64,000 bases of DNA, taken from positions 13,150-77,149 of the forward strand of contig JAJUIU010000007.1 in assembly GCA_029267445.1 (NCBI GenBank). Reading direction: 5' to 3'. Numbering within the stretch: position 1 is the first letter of the stretch; every line of letters starts with the position of its first letter. The notes beneath the pieces are model-generated. The model had not been told where the DNA came from, did not search any database, and was given only the letters and a program-made list of their open reading frames with translations. Position numbers and translations under genes: made by a program. Below are positions 20,446-31,149 of the stretch, piece after piece. Source of the DNA: Rhodospirillaceae bacterium (lineage in GTDB: Bacteria > Pseudomonadota > Alphaproteobacteria > Azospirillales > Azospirillaceae).

Positions 20446-21483
20446 TCAGGAGGCCGGCTTGCCCATCGGGCTCAGGTTCGACACGGCATCCTGGACCTGC
20501 TTCAGGCGGGCGGCCGGGGCCGGAACCAGACCCTTGTCGGTCAGGTAGCCATCCTCGCCGGCGGCGCGCTCGCTGACGTACTCCGTCACGAACTCCTTCA
20601 GGCCCGGAATGACGCCGACATGGGCGGCCTTCAGGTAGATGAAGAGCGGACGGGACACCGGGTAGGAGCCGTCGGCGATGGTGTCGATCGTGGGCTGCAC
20701 GCCGTTGACGGCGACGCCGACCAGCTTGTCCTTGTTCTCGGCCAGGAAGGAGTAGCCGAAGATGCCGTAGGAGTTCGGGTTGGCCTCGAGGCGCTGCACG
20801 ATCACGTTGTCGTTCTCGCCAGCCTCGATGAACAGGCCGTCCTCACGCATCGTCTGGCAGACGGCGCGCAGGCGGTCCTTGCCCAGGGCCTTCACCGCCG
20901 GGAACTCCTTGCAGCCCTCGTCCATCACCAGCTCCAGCCACGCGTCGCGGGTGCCGGAGGTCGGGGGCGGGCCCAGCACTTCGATCGGCTGGTTCGGCAG
21001 CTTGGAGTCGATGTCCGACCAGCGCTTGTACGGGTTCGGGACGATCTGGCCGTTGACCTCGACCTCCTTCGCCAGGGCCTGCCACAGCTGGGCCTTGGTC
21101 AGGGCGATCGACGGGGCGTTCTTGCTGTGGGCGAAGGACAGGCCGTCGAAGCCGACGAGGATCTCGACGATCTGCTCGACGCCGTTCTTCTGGCACTGGT
21201 CGAACTCGGACGCCTTCATGGCGCGCGAAGCGCCGGTGATGTCGGCCGTGTCAGCACCGATGCCGGCGCAGAACAGGCGCATGCCGCCACCCGTGCCCGT
21301 CGACTCCAGGATCGGGGCCGGGAACTTGGTGGTCTGGCTGAAACGCTCGACGACGGTGGCGGTGAACGGGAACACGGTGGAGGAACCGACGATGCGGATC
21401 TGCTCCCGCGCCTGGGCGACGCCGGCGGTCGCCAGCAGGGAAATCGCCGCGACGGCGGCGAGGGCAAGCTTCTTCGTGGTCAC
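20446..21483 (-). CDS. pstS: phosphate ABC transporter substrate-binding protein PstS
   Basis: Contains IRIVGSSTVFPF...TGTGGG. GTG 21483 (VTTKKLALAAV) has GGAGG 7 nt upstream. The ORF-track start at 21516 is the alternative. Confidence 0.85.
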   Translation of the reverse strand: MTTKKLALAAVAAISLLATAGVAQAREQIRIVGSSTVFPFTATVVERFSQTTKFPAPILESTGTGGGMRLFCAGIGADTADITGASRAMKASEFDQCQKNGVEQIVEILVGFDGLSFAHSKNAPSIALTKAQLWQALAKEVEVNGQIVPNPYKRWSDIDSKLPNQPIEVLGPPPTSGTRDAWLELVMDEGCKEFPAVKALGKDRLRAVCQTMREDGLFIEAGENDNVIVQRLEANPNSYGIFGYSFLAENKDKLVGVAVNGVQPTIDTIADGSYPVSRPLFIYLKAAHVGVIPGLKEFVTEYVSERAAGEDGYLTDKGLVPAPAARLKQVQDAVSNLSPMGKPAS

Positions 21484-21595
21484 GACTAGGCCTCCGGATT
21501 TCTTGGTACGTGGCACCGGGCGCGCGTACGGCGCACCCTGATCGAGGAGTCTCGACTGGGTGCCGGGACCTTAGCCGCGCCGCGCGAACCAAATA

Positions 21596-21623
21596 CTACA
21601 GCTGTGTGACAGTTCGATGACGG
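21596..21623 (-). promoter_or_regulatory. Pho box (three 7+4-nt direct repeats) upstream of pstS
   Basis: The reverse strand reads CCGTCAT-cgaa-CTGTCAC-acag-CTGTAG, compared with the consensus CTGTCAT-N4-CTGTCAT. It lies 113 nt upstream of the pstS start. Confidence 0.6.
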
Positions 21624-21681
21624 CCCCGGCCCTCATTGTGGCTAGGGTCCGCCTATCGGGCGGATGGGCGCCCCGGACCGG

Positions 21682-23148
21682 TCAGGCGGCACCCAGACGG
21701 TCGGCCGGCGGCGGCTGCCGGGCGCTTTCCGGCAGGGCCGGCAGGTGCACCGTGAAGGTGCTGCCCTTGCCCACCTCGCTGTCGATGGTCAGCCGGCCCC
21801 GGTGCCGGTTGACGATGTGCTTGACGATGGCGAGGCCGAGCCCCGTGCCGCCGAGCGCGCGCGAGCGGGCGGGATCCACGCGGTAGAACCGTTCCGTCAG
21901 GCGCGGCAGATGGGTGCGGGGAATGCCCTCCCCCCGGTCCGTGACGGCGACCGAGACGGTGGGACCCGGCCTGCGGCCCGCGACGGAGGCGGCGGCGGCG
22001 GGCATGTCGACGGCGGCCAGCGTGACGGTGACGTCGGTCTGCTCGCGGCCATATTTGATGGCGTTCTCGATCAGGTTCTGGACGACCTGGGCCAGCTGGT
22101 CCTCGTCACCCAGGACGATCGGAAGCCGGTCCGGCCCTTCCAGGCGGATGCGCATCCGGCGCGCGGCGGCCTTCAGTTCCAGGGTGGCCACCACGGTCCG
22201 CACGATCTCCGCCAGCTCCGCATGCCCCGTGGGCGGGGTGTGCTCGTCCAGCTCGATGCGGGACAGGGACAGAAGGTCGTTGACCAGCCGCGACATCCGC
22301 CCCGCCTGTTCGTGCATGATGGTCAGGAAGCGCTCCCGCGCCTCCTCGTCGTCCTTGGCCGGGCCGCGCAGGGTCTCGATGAAGCCGAGCAGCGTCGACA
22401 GCGGCGTACGCAGCTCGTGGCTTGCATTGGCGACGAAATCCGCGCGCATCTGCTCCGACCGTTTCAGCAGCGTGATGTCGTGCAGCGTCAGCAGCACCGC
22501 CGTCTCGGTACCGTCGGGGTCGCCCCCTTCGGCCGCCGGGCGGGCGAACGGCTTCACCCGCGCCTCCAGGGTGCGTTCGACCGGCACCGGCAGGGCGAAC
22601 TCAACGCTGCGCGAGGCGCCGCCGGCCAGCACGGCGTCCACCGCCTCCAGCACCAGCGGGTTGCGCAAGGACACGGCGAGGTCGCGGGTCAGCATGCGGT
22701 CGCCGAACAGGCCGCGCGCGGCGGAGTTCGCCAGCGCCACCCGCCGCTGCCCGTCGACCAGTATCAGCGGATCGTGCAGCGCCTCCACCACGGCGTCGCC
22801 GCCGGCGGCCCGCCGTTCCGCCGCGTCGATCCGCTCCATCCAGTCCTGGTGCGCCCGCGCCACGGCGCCCAGCAGCGACTGCGCGGTCGCCGCCGCCACC
22901 GGGGGCTGCGGCACCGGCGCGTCGCTGGCGGCCACCCGGTCCAGATAGTCGGCCAGCACGCGGCTGTCCTGGTACAGCATGCGCAGGACCAGTCCGGCGA
23001 CGGCACCCACCGCCCCCAGCCCGGCCAGCGCCAGCCCGGCGCCCAGCCGGCCGTTCGCCACCAGCACCGCGAGCAGCCCCGCCGTCGGCGCCAGCAGCAG
23101 CACGGCGATCAGGATGTAGCGGACGGGGCGGATCTCACGGCTGGTCAT
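21682..23148 (-). CDS. phoR: phosphate regulon sensor histidine kinase PhoR
   Basis: TM region, PAS-like segment, H-box ADFVANASHELRTPL, and an ATPase domain (DRGEGI...GGTGLGLAIVKH). Confidence 0.9.
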   Translation of the reverse strand: MTSREIRPVRYILIAVLLLAPTAGLLAVLVANGRLGAGLALAGLGAVGAVAGLVLRMLYQDSRVLADYLDRVAASDAPVPQPPVAAATAQSLLGAVARAHQDWMERIDAAERRAAGGDAVVEALHDPLILVDGQRRVALANSAARGLFGDRMLTRDLAVSLRNPLVLEAVDAVLAGGASRSVEFALPVPVERTLEARVKPFARPAAEGGDPDGTETAVLLTLHDITLLKRSEQMRADFVANASHELRTPLSTLLGFIETLRGPAKDDEEARERFLTIMHEQAGRMSRLVNDLLSLSRIELDEHTPPTGHAELAEIVRTVVATLELKAAARRMRIRLEGPDRLPIVLGDEDQLAQVVQNLIENAIKYGREQTDVTVTLAAVDMPAAAASVAGRRPGPTVSVAVTDRGEGIPRTHLPRLTERFYRVDPARSRALGGTGLGLAIVKHIVNRHRGRLTIDSEVGKGSTFTVHLPALPESARQPPPADRLGAA

Positions 23149-23310
23149 GGAACTCGGACGGTCCGGCTCGAGGGCCGGACGCTGGCTGTTAACGGGTAAA
23201 GGTGCGGCGGAATACCACCGCGCGCGCCGCCGCGCATCAGATTCATGAAATATTCACACGGGCTGCCGCGTGCCACCCTGGGCGGCACCACGGACGGCGG
23301 CCCGGAGCGC

Positions 23311-25581
23311 TCACCACGCCATGGCGTCGTGGGCCGCCAGCGCCGCCGCCGTCACCAGTTCGTTCACCGTCGCCCCCATCTGTACCACCTGCACCGGCCG
23401 GTCGAGGCCGATCAGCAGCGGGCCGATCAGGGTGCCGCCGCCCATCTTCTGCAACAGCTTGGCGGAGATGTTGGCCGCGTGCAGGGCCGGCATGATCAGC
23501 ACGTTCGCCGGCCCCGACAGGCGGCAGAACGGGTAGAGCCGCTTCATCAGCGCGTAGTCCAGCGCCACGTCGGCCGACATCTCGCCGTCGAACTCGAAAT
23601 CCACCTGCCGGGTGCCCAGCAGCGCCACCGCGTCGCGCACGTGCCGCGCCCGTTCCCGCATCGGCTGCCCGAAGTTGGAGAAGGACAGGAAGGCCACGCG
23701 CGGCTCGTGCCCCATCTGGCGGGCCGTGCGGGCCGACTGGATGGCGATGTCGCACAGCTCCGCCGGTGTGGGCAGCTCGTTCACCGTGGTGTCGCCGATG
23801 AAGACGGTCTGCGTCCGGTTGGCCAGCACCGTCAGGCCGAACACGACATGGTCCGGCTTCGGCGCCACCACCCGCGCGATGTCCTCGTAGCTGGTGGAGA
23901 AGCTGCGGGTCAGGCCGGTCACCATGGCGTCGGCGTCGCCGCAGGCCACCATCAGGGCGGCGAACACGTTGCGGTTCTGGTTCACCATGCGCTGGCAGTC
24001 GCGCTGGAGGTGCCCGGCGCGCTGGAGCTTGGCGTAGAGGAAATCCGCGTAGCGGGCGTTGGACTGGCTGACGCGGGCGTTGTGCACCTCCAGGTCGGCG
24101 ATCGGGCCAACGCCCAGCGCCTTCACCTGCTCGGCGATCACCTCCTCCCGGCCGACCAGCACCGGCGTGCCCAGCCCCGCCGCGCGGTAGGCGATGGCCG
24201 CACGGATCGCGCGCTCCTCCTCGCCCTCCGCGAACACCACGCGCTTGGGCCGCGCCTTCACCTTCTCGAAGATCAGCTGCAGCGCGTCCGACGTGGGGTC
24301 CAGGCGCATGCGCAAGGACCGGCCGTAGCCCTCCATGTCGACGATGGGCTTGCGGGCCACACCGCTCTCCATCGCCGCCGTGGCGACGGCGGCCGGGATC
24401 TTCACGATCAAGCGCGGGTCGAAGGGCACCGGGATGATGTATTCCGGCCCGTAGCGCAGCCGCCGGCCGGAATATGCCGCGTCCACCTCGTCCGGCACGT
24501 CCTCCCGCGCGAGGTCCGCCAGCGCCTTGGCCGCCGCGATCTTCATGGCGTCGTTTATCGTGCTGGCCCGCACGTCCAGCGCGCCCCGGAAGATGTAGGG
24601 GAAGCCCAGGACGTTGTTCACCTGGTTGGGATAGTCGCTGCGCCCCGTCGCCACGATGGCGTCGTCGCGCACGGCCTTCACCTCCTCCGGCGTGATCTCC
24701 GGGTCCGGGTTCGCCATGGCGAAGATGATCGGCCGTTTGGCCATGCTCTTCACCATCTCGCGGGTGACGGCACCCTTAACCGACAGGCCCATGAACACGT
24801 CGGCCCCGCGCATCGCCTCCTCCAGCGTGCGGGCGTCCGTTTTGATGGCGTGGGCGGACTTCCACTGGTTCATGCCCTCGGTCCGGCCCTGGTAGACGAC
24901 ACCCTTGGTGTCGCACAGCACGACGTTCTCGTGCGGCATGCCCATGGCCTTGATCAGCTCCACGCAGGCGATGGCGGCGGCCCCGGCGCCGTTCACCACC
25001 ATGCGGGTGTCGGCCATGGTGCGGCCGGTCAGGTCCAGGGCGTTGATCATGCCGGCGGCGGCGATGATGGCCGTGCCGTGCTGGTCGTCGTGGAAGACCG
25101 GGATGTCCATCAGCTCGCGCAGGCGCTGCTCGATGATGAAGCAGTCCGGGGCCTTGATGTCCTCCAGGTTGATGCCGCCGAAGCTGGGCGACAGGAAGCG
25201 CACGCAGTTGATGAAGTCGTCCACGTCCTTGGTGTCGACGCAGAGGTCGATGCCGTCCACGTCGGCGAAGCGCTTGAACAGGACGGCCTTGCCCTCCATC
25301 ACCGGCTTGGAGGCCAGCGCCCCCAGGTCGCCAAGCCCCAGCACTGCCGTGCCGTTGGACACCACGGCCACCAGATTGCCCTTGGCCGTGTAGTCGTAGG
25401 CGGTGGCGGGGTTGCGGTGGATCTCCAGGCAGGGCTGGGCCACCCCCGGCGAGTAGGCCAGCGACAGGTCGCGCTGGGTGGTCAGCGGCTTGGTCGGGGT
25501 GACCTCCAGCTTTCCGGGCCGGCCGGAGGAGTGCAGCAGCAGCGCCTCCTCGTCGGTGATCCGCTTGTCCATGTCCGCCAT
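23311..25581 (-). CDS. maeB: NADP-dependent malic enzyme (malic enzyme plus PTA-like domain)
   Basis: Internal ATG 25581 (MADMDKRITDEEALLLH), 756 aa. Contains VVSNGTAVLGLGDLG and FHDDQHGTAI, with a C-terminal phosphotransacetylase-like domain. Confidence 0.9.
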   Translation of the reverse strand: MADMDKRITDEEALLLHSSGRPGKLEVTPTKPLTTQRDLSLAYSPGVAQPCLEIHRNPATAYDYTAKGNLVAVVSNGTAVLGLGDLGALASKPVMEGKAVLFKRFADVDGIDLCVDTKDVDDFINCVRFLSPSFGGINLEDIKAPDCFIIEQRLRELMDIPVFHDDQHGTAIIAAAGMINALDLTGRTMADTRMVVNGAGAAAIACVELIKAMGMPHENVVLCDTKGVVYQGRTEGMNQWKSAHAIKTDARTLEEAMRGADVFMGLSVKGAVTREMVKSMAKRPIIFAMANPDPEITPEEVKAVRDDAIVATGRSDYPNQVNNVLGFPYIFRGALDVRASTINDAMKIAAAKALADLAREDVPDEVDAAYSGRRLRYGPEYIIPVPFDPRLIVKIPAAVATAAMESGVARKPIVDMEGYGRSLRMRLDPTSDALQLIFEKVKARPKRVVFAEGEEERAIRAAIAYRAAGLGTPVLVGREEVIAEQVKALGVGPIADLEVHNARVSQSNARYADFLYAKLQRAGHLQRDCQRMVNQNRNVFAALMVACGDADAMVTGLTRSFSTSYEDIARVVAPKPDHVVFGLTVLANRTQTVFIGDTTVNELPTPAELCDIAIQSARTARQMGHEPRVAFLSFSNFGQPMRERARHVRDAVALLGTRQVDFEFDGEMSADVALDYALMKRLYPFCRLSGPANVLIMPALHAANISAKLLQKMGGGTLIGPLLIGLDRPVQVVQMGATVNELVTAAALAAHDAMAW

Positions 25582-25725
25582 CGATGCCTCTCCCGCCCGC
25601 CGACCGGCCGGCCGTTCTTGGTTAAGAGGATGATGGAGCACGCGCACGGTCCCGGCAACCTGTGCCGCTGGGATGGACCGCCCGCGCCGTTGCCCGCCAC
25701 AGGCGGAACTGGCAGACTGGACATC

Positions 25726-25920
25726 ATGGACGACATGCGATCGATCTTCGACGAGGTGGACGAGGCGGCGAAGGCGAAAGCCATCGCCGAGGCGGAGGCG
25801 GACGTCGCCGCCGGCCGGGTGGTGCCGCATGAGAAGGTCGCGGAGTGGCTGCGCGCCCTGGCGACCGCCTATGAGCAGGGACTGCCCCGTCCGAAGCCAC
25901 CGATCCCCGACGACTGGTGA
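25726..25920 (+). CDS. putative antitoxin of a ParE/RelE-family toxin (64 aa)
   Basis: This is the last 64 codons of the artefactual 891-aa ORF and starts at ATG 25726. It is small and acidic ([22 protein letters not shown]) and ends 15 nt before the toxin gene. Confidence 0.6.
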   Translation: MDDMRSIFDEVDEAAKAKAIAEAEADVAAGRVVPHEKVAEWLRALATAYEQGLPRPKPPIPDDW

Positions 25921-25935
25921 GCCCGGGCCGTAGTC

Positions 25936-26211
25936 ATGACCACTGTCCGCTGGTCAGCGCGCGCCATCCGTGACCTGGAGCGTCACGGCGACTACATCGC
26001 GGACTTCAATCCAGACGCGGCCGCTCGGATGACAAGACGCCTGATGGAGGCCGGGTTCGGGCTTTCGACATTCCCGAAGCGCGGGGCGCCACGCATGGAC
26101 GGTTTGCGGGAGCTGAGCGCGGTCTATCCCTACGTCATCGTCTACCGCGTCGACGACGCGCGAGACGAGGTGACGATCCTGCGCGTCTGGCACGGGGCCC
26201 AGCGGCAGTAG
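25936..26211 (+). CDS. type II toxin, RelE/ParE family
   Basis: 91 aa. MTTVRWSARAIRDLERHGDYIA...YVIVYRVDDARDEVTILRVWHGAQ is a typical ParE-like pattern. Confidence 0.8.
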   Translation: MTTVRWSARAIRDLERHGDYIADFNPDAAARMTRRLMEAGFGLSTFPKRGAPRMDGLRELSAVYPYVIVYRVDDARDEVTILRVWHGAQRQ

Positions 26212-26320
26212 CCGTGCCGACCGTAAAGCCGATCGCCGCCGTCGCCCCTTGCGCCGCCGCCCGCGCTCGCCGAAACTTCGCGACCTTTTGAAGAAGAACC
26301 AAGTCCCGGAGAGACGCCCC

Positions 26321-28605
<2,285 letters not shown>

Positions 28606-28628
28606 GCGGCCCTTGACCGACTGCGCCA

Positions 28629-28967
28629 ATGGCGTATCTTGGCCGCGTGAGGATCGTCCGCACCGCCCGTTACCTGAAAGACATGAAGCGCCTCGGCGCG
28701 ACGGAAGCGGATGTTCTGCGGCTGGAGACGGAGATCGCGGAATCACCGACGGCAGGGATGGTGATCCCCGGCCTCGGTAGTTTGCGGAAAATCCGTTTCA
28801 GCATCGGAAACCGCGGGAAACGCGGCGGCGGCCGGGCGATCTACTACCTGGCACTTTCGGAAGACACCGTGCTGATGCTGTTCGCATACGACAAGGCCGA
28901 TCAGGCCGATCTCACGCCCGAACAGAGAAGGCAGGCCCATACCCTTGTCAGGGAGCTTAAGAAATGA
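28629..28967 (+). CDS. type II toxin, RelE/HigB superfamily (toxin-first module)
   Basis: 112 aa (RIVRTARYLKDMKRL...GKRGGGRAIYYL...MLFAYDKADQADL). It overlaps the downstream HTH gene by 4 nt. A GTG at 28647 is an alternative start. Confidence 0.7.
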   Translation: MAYLGRVRIVRTARYLKDMKRLGATEADVLRLETEIAESPTAGMVIPGLGSLRKIRFSIGNRGKRGGGRAIYYLALSEDTVLMLFAYDKADQADLTPEQRRQAHTLVRELKK

Positions 28968-29269
28968 GCGGCGCGGACAACGACTTCGGGGATGGCCTGC
29001 TGGAAGGGTTACGCGAAGCCGTCGCTTGGAAACGGGGTGAGATCGTTCTCGATGTTGTCGAGATCGACCCCATGCCTGTCGAGCGCATCCGAGCGATTCG
29101 TCGGAAGGTGGCCCGGTCGACGAAGGAATTCGAGCGCCGCTTCGGCATTCCGGCAGCGACGGTCACGAACTGGGAACAGGGTCGGCGAAAGCCGGACCCG
29201 GCGGCACGCCTGCTACTGAAGCTGATCGAGGCTGATCCGGCCGGCGTCGAGCGTATCGCTGCGGCATGA
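28964..29269 (+). CDS. XRE/HTH-type antitoxin (HigA/MqsA-C-terminal-like)
   Basis: 101 aa. The HTH segment reads STKEFERRFGIPAATVTNWEQGRRKPDPAARLLL. Confidence 0.75.
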   Translation: MSGADNDFGDGLLEGLREAVAWKRGEIVLDVVEIDPMPVERIRAIRRKVARSTKEFERRFGIPAATVTNWEQGRRKPDPAARLLLKLIEADPAGVERIAAA

Positions 29270-29383
29270 GCGGCAGCCGCTTGGCCGGCCGCGATATGTC
29301 GCAGCGCCGCACGTGAACCGTTAACCAACTTGGGCTACATAGGGGTGGAAACCACTCCTTTCGCGCCTTGAGGCCCGTTCATC

Positions 29384-30271
29384 GTGCCCGGTTCCGCCAC
29401 CACCGAACGCACCGTCCCGCCCGCAGCGGCACCCAAGCTGAACGCGGTGGTGGACGAGCATCTGCGCTGGCTGGCGCAGTGGCACCGGGCCGCCTTCTTC
29501 GCGGCCGAGGCCGGGGTGAAGGGCCCGGACGGGCTGCCGATGCCCACCGGATTCCTCGACTGGGTGCAGACGGTGAAGGCGGGGGACCTGACCCACCAGC
29601 CCGCCGTGGACCGGCTGGTCACCCTGCATGAGCAGATGCACCGCATGGCCCGCCTGCTGCTGATGCGGTCGGTGGAGGGGGAGCCGCCGAACCTCGCCGC
29701 CTATGAGGCCGTGATCGCCAAGTTCGACGAGTTCATGGCCCAGCTCCGCCGGTTCGAGCGCGCCTTCAGCGTGGCCGGCAGCGGCATCGACCCGCTGACC
29801 GGCCTGCGCAACCGCACCGGCCTGGAGGAGGAGCTGGCCCGCGAGATGAACCGCTTCCGCCGCACCGGCCGCCCCTTCTGCGTGGCGCTGTGCGACCTGG
29901 ACCGGTTCAAGACCGTGAACGACACCTACGGGCACGAGGCGGGGGACCGCGTGCTGGTCGCCACGGCCGGGGTGATCAACCGCGCCATCCGCAGCTTCGA
30001 CGAGGCGTTCCGGCTGGGCGGGGAGGAGATCCTGATCCTGCTGAAGGACACGGTGCTGGACGAGGTGCGCCGGGTGCTGGAACGGCTGCGGACCGATATC
30101 GCCGGCAACCCCGTGCAGCTTGCCGACGGCCGGGTGATCAAGGTCACCGCCAGCTTCGGCGTGGCCGAGGCGCGCTTGGACCTCGCCGCCGACGCGCTGA
30201 TGGAGGCGGCCGACCAGGCCCTCTACGCCGCCAAGCGGGAGGGGCGGAACCGGGTGGTGGCGGCCGCCTGA
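29384..30271 (+). CDS. diguanylate cyclase (GGDEF domain) with an N-terminal sensor domain of unknown type
   Basis: DPLTGLRNR, CDLDRFKTVNDTYGH.AGD, and RSFDEAFRLGGEEI, which combines an RxxD I-site with a GGEEI active-site variant. Confidence 0.8.
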   Translation: MPGSATTERTVPPAAAPKLNAVVDEHLRWLAQWHRAAFFAAEAGVKGPDGLPMPTGFLDWVQTVKAGDLTHQPAVDRLVTLHEQMHRMARLLLMRSVEGEPPNLAAYEAVIAKFDEFMAQLRRFERAFSVAGSGIDPLTGLRNRTGLEEELAREMNRFRRTGRPFCVALCDLDRFKTVNDTYGHEAGDRVLVATAGVINRAIRSFDEAFRLGGEEILILLKDTVLDEVRRVLERLRTDIAGNPVQLADGRVIKVTASFGVAEARLDLAADALMEAADQALYAAKREGRNRVVAAA

Positions 30272-30364
30272 CGGGCCCGCCGGGGCACCGACATCCTTTT
30301 CCTGCCCGCCGCCGATCCGCTAAGCTCTCCCGGCACTTAACCCGCAGATCGGCGGCCACGGTCC

Positions 30365-31015
30365 ATGCGCACCCACCATCAGTTCCCCAACCTCTTCGTC
30401 CTCGACCATCCGCTGATCCAGCACAAGCTGTCCCACATGCGGGACAAGCAGCGCTCCACCATGCAGTTCCGGCAGCTTCTGCGGGAGATCGCCCTGCTGA
30501 TGGGCTACGAGATCACCCGCGACCTGCCGCTGACGAAGGAGCGGATCGAGACGCCCATGGCGCCCATGGACGCGCCGGTGATCGAGGGCAGGAAGCTCGC
30601 CATCGTGCCGATCCTGCGCGCGGGCCTCGTTATGGCGGAGGGGCTGCTGGAACTGGTGCCCGGTGCCAGGGAGGGGCACATCGGCCTCTACCGCGATCAT
30701 GAGACCAAGCAGCCGGTGGAGTATCTGGTCAAGCTGCCGGACGCGGCCGGGCGCCTGTTCATCCTGGTGGACCCGATGTTGGCGACCGGCAATTCCGCCG
30801 TCCACGCGGTGGACGTGCTGAACCGGCACGGCGTGCTGGACGCGCAGATCCGGTTCATGGCGCTGGTCAGCGCACCGGAGGGGGTGGCCGTCTTCCACAA
30901 GGCGCACCCCAGCGTGCCGGTCTTCACGGCGGCCCTGGACAGCCACCTGAACGAGAACGCCTACATCGTCCCCGGCCTGGGCGACGCCGGCGACCGGCTG
31001 TTCGGGACGAAGTAG
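30365..31015 (+). CDS. upp: uracil phosphoribosyltransferase
   Basis: 216 aa. Motifs: [42 protein letters not shown]. Confidence 0.9.
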   Translation: MRTHHQFPNLFVLDHPLIQHKLSHMRDKQRSTMQFRQLLREIALLMGYEITRDLPLTKERIETPMAPMDAPVIEGRKLAIVPILRAGLVMAEGLLELVPGAREGHIGLYRDHETKQPVEYLVKLPDAAGRLFILVDPMLATGNSAVHAVDVLNRHGVLDAQIRFMALVSAPEGVAVFHKAHPSVPVFTAALDSHLNENAYIVPGLGDAGDRLFGTK

Positions 31016-31027
31016 ACTTCGCGGGAG

Positions 31028-31144
31028 CGCCCCACCCTCGCCCTTCGACAGGCTCAGGGTGAAGGTGGGGTTCCAACGGCCGGGAAGCTGACCAGATTCG
31101 TTCCCCTCACCCTGAGCTTGTCGAAGGGCGAGGGGAACGGGGCG
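31028..31144. repeat. ~117-bp palindromic intergenic element (family C) between the convergent upp and SBP genes
   Basis: The arms ccctcgcccttcgacaggctcagggtgaagg (left) and cctcaccctgagcttgtcgaagggcgaggg (right) are near-perfect reverse complements. Confidence 0.75.
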
Positions 31145-31149
31145 CCCCC

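Noticed and set aside
23245-25920. A 891-aa plus-strand ORF
   Set aside because: It is antisense to maeB and has junk composition (runs of HRVAH, GGGD and similar). Only its last 64 codons (25726..25920) are plausible, as a separate antitoxin gene.
30309-30355. A 9-bp inverted repeat CCGCCGATC...GATCGGCGG upstream of upp, as a possible attenuator
   Set aside because: The loop is 29 nt, there is no U-tract or PyrR-box-like sequence, and the pair could occur by chance in GC-rich DNA.
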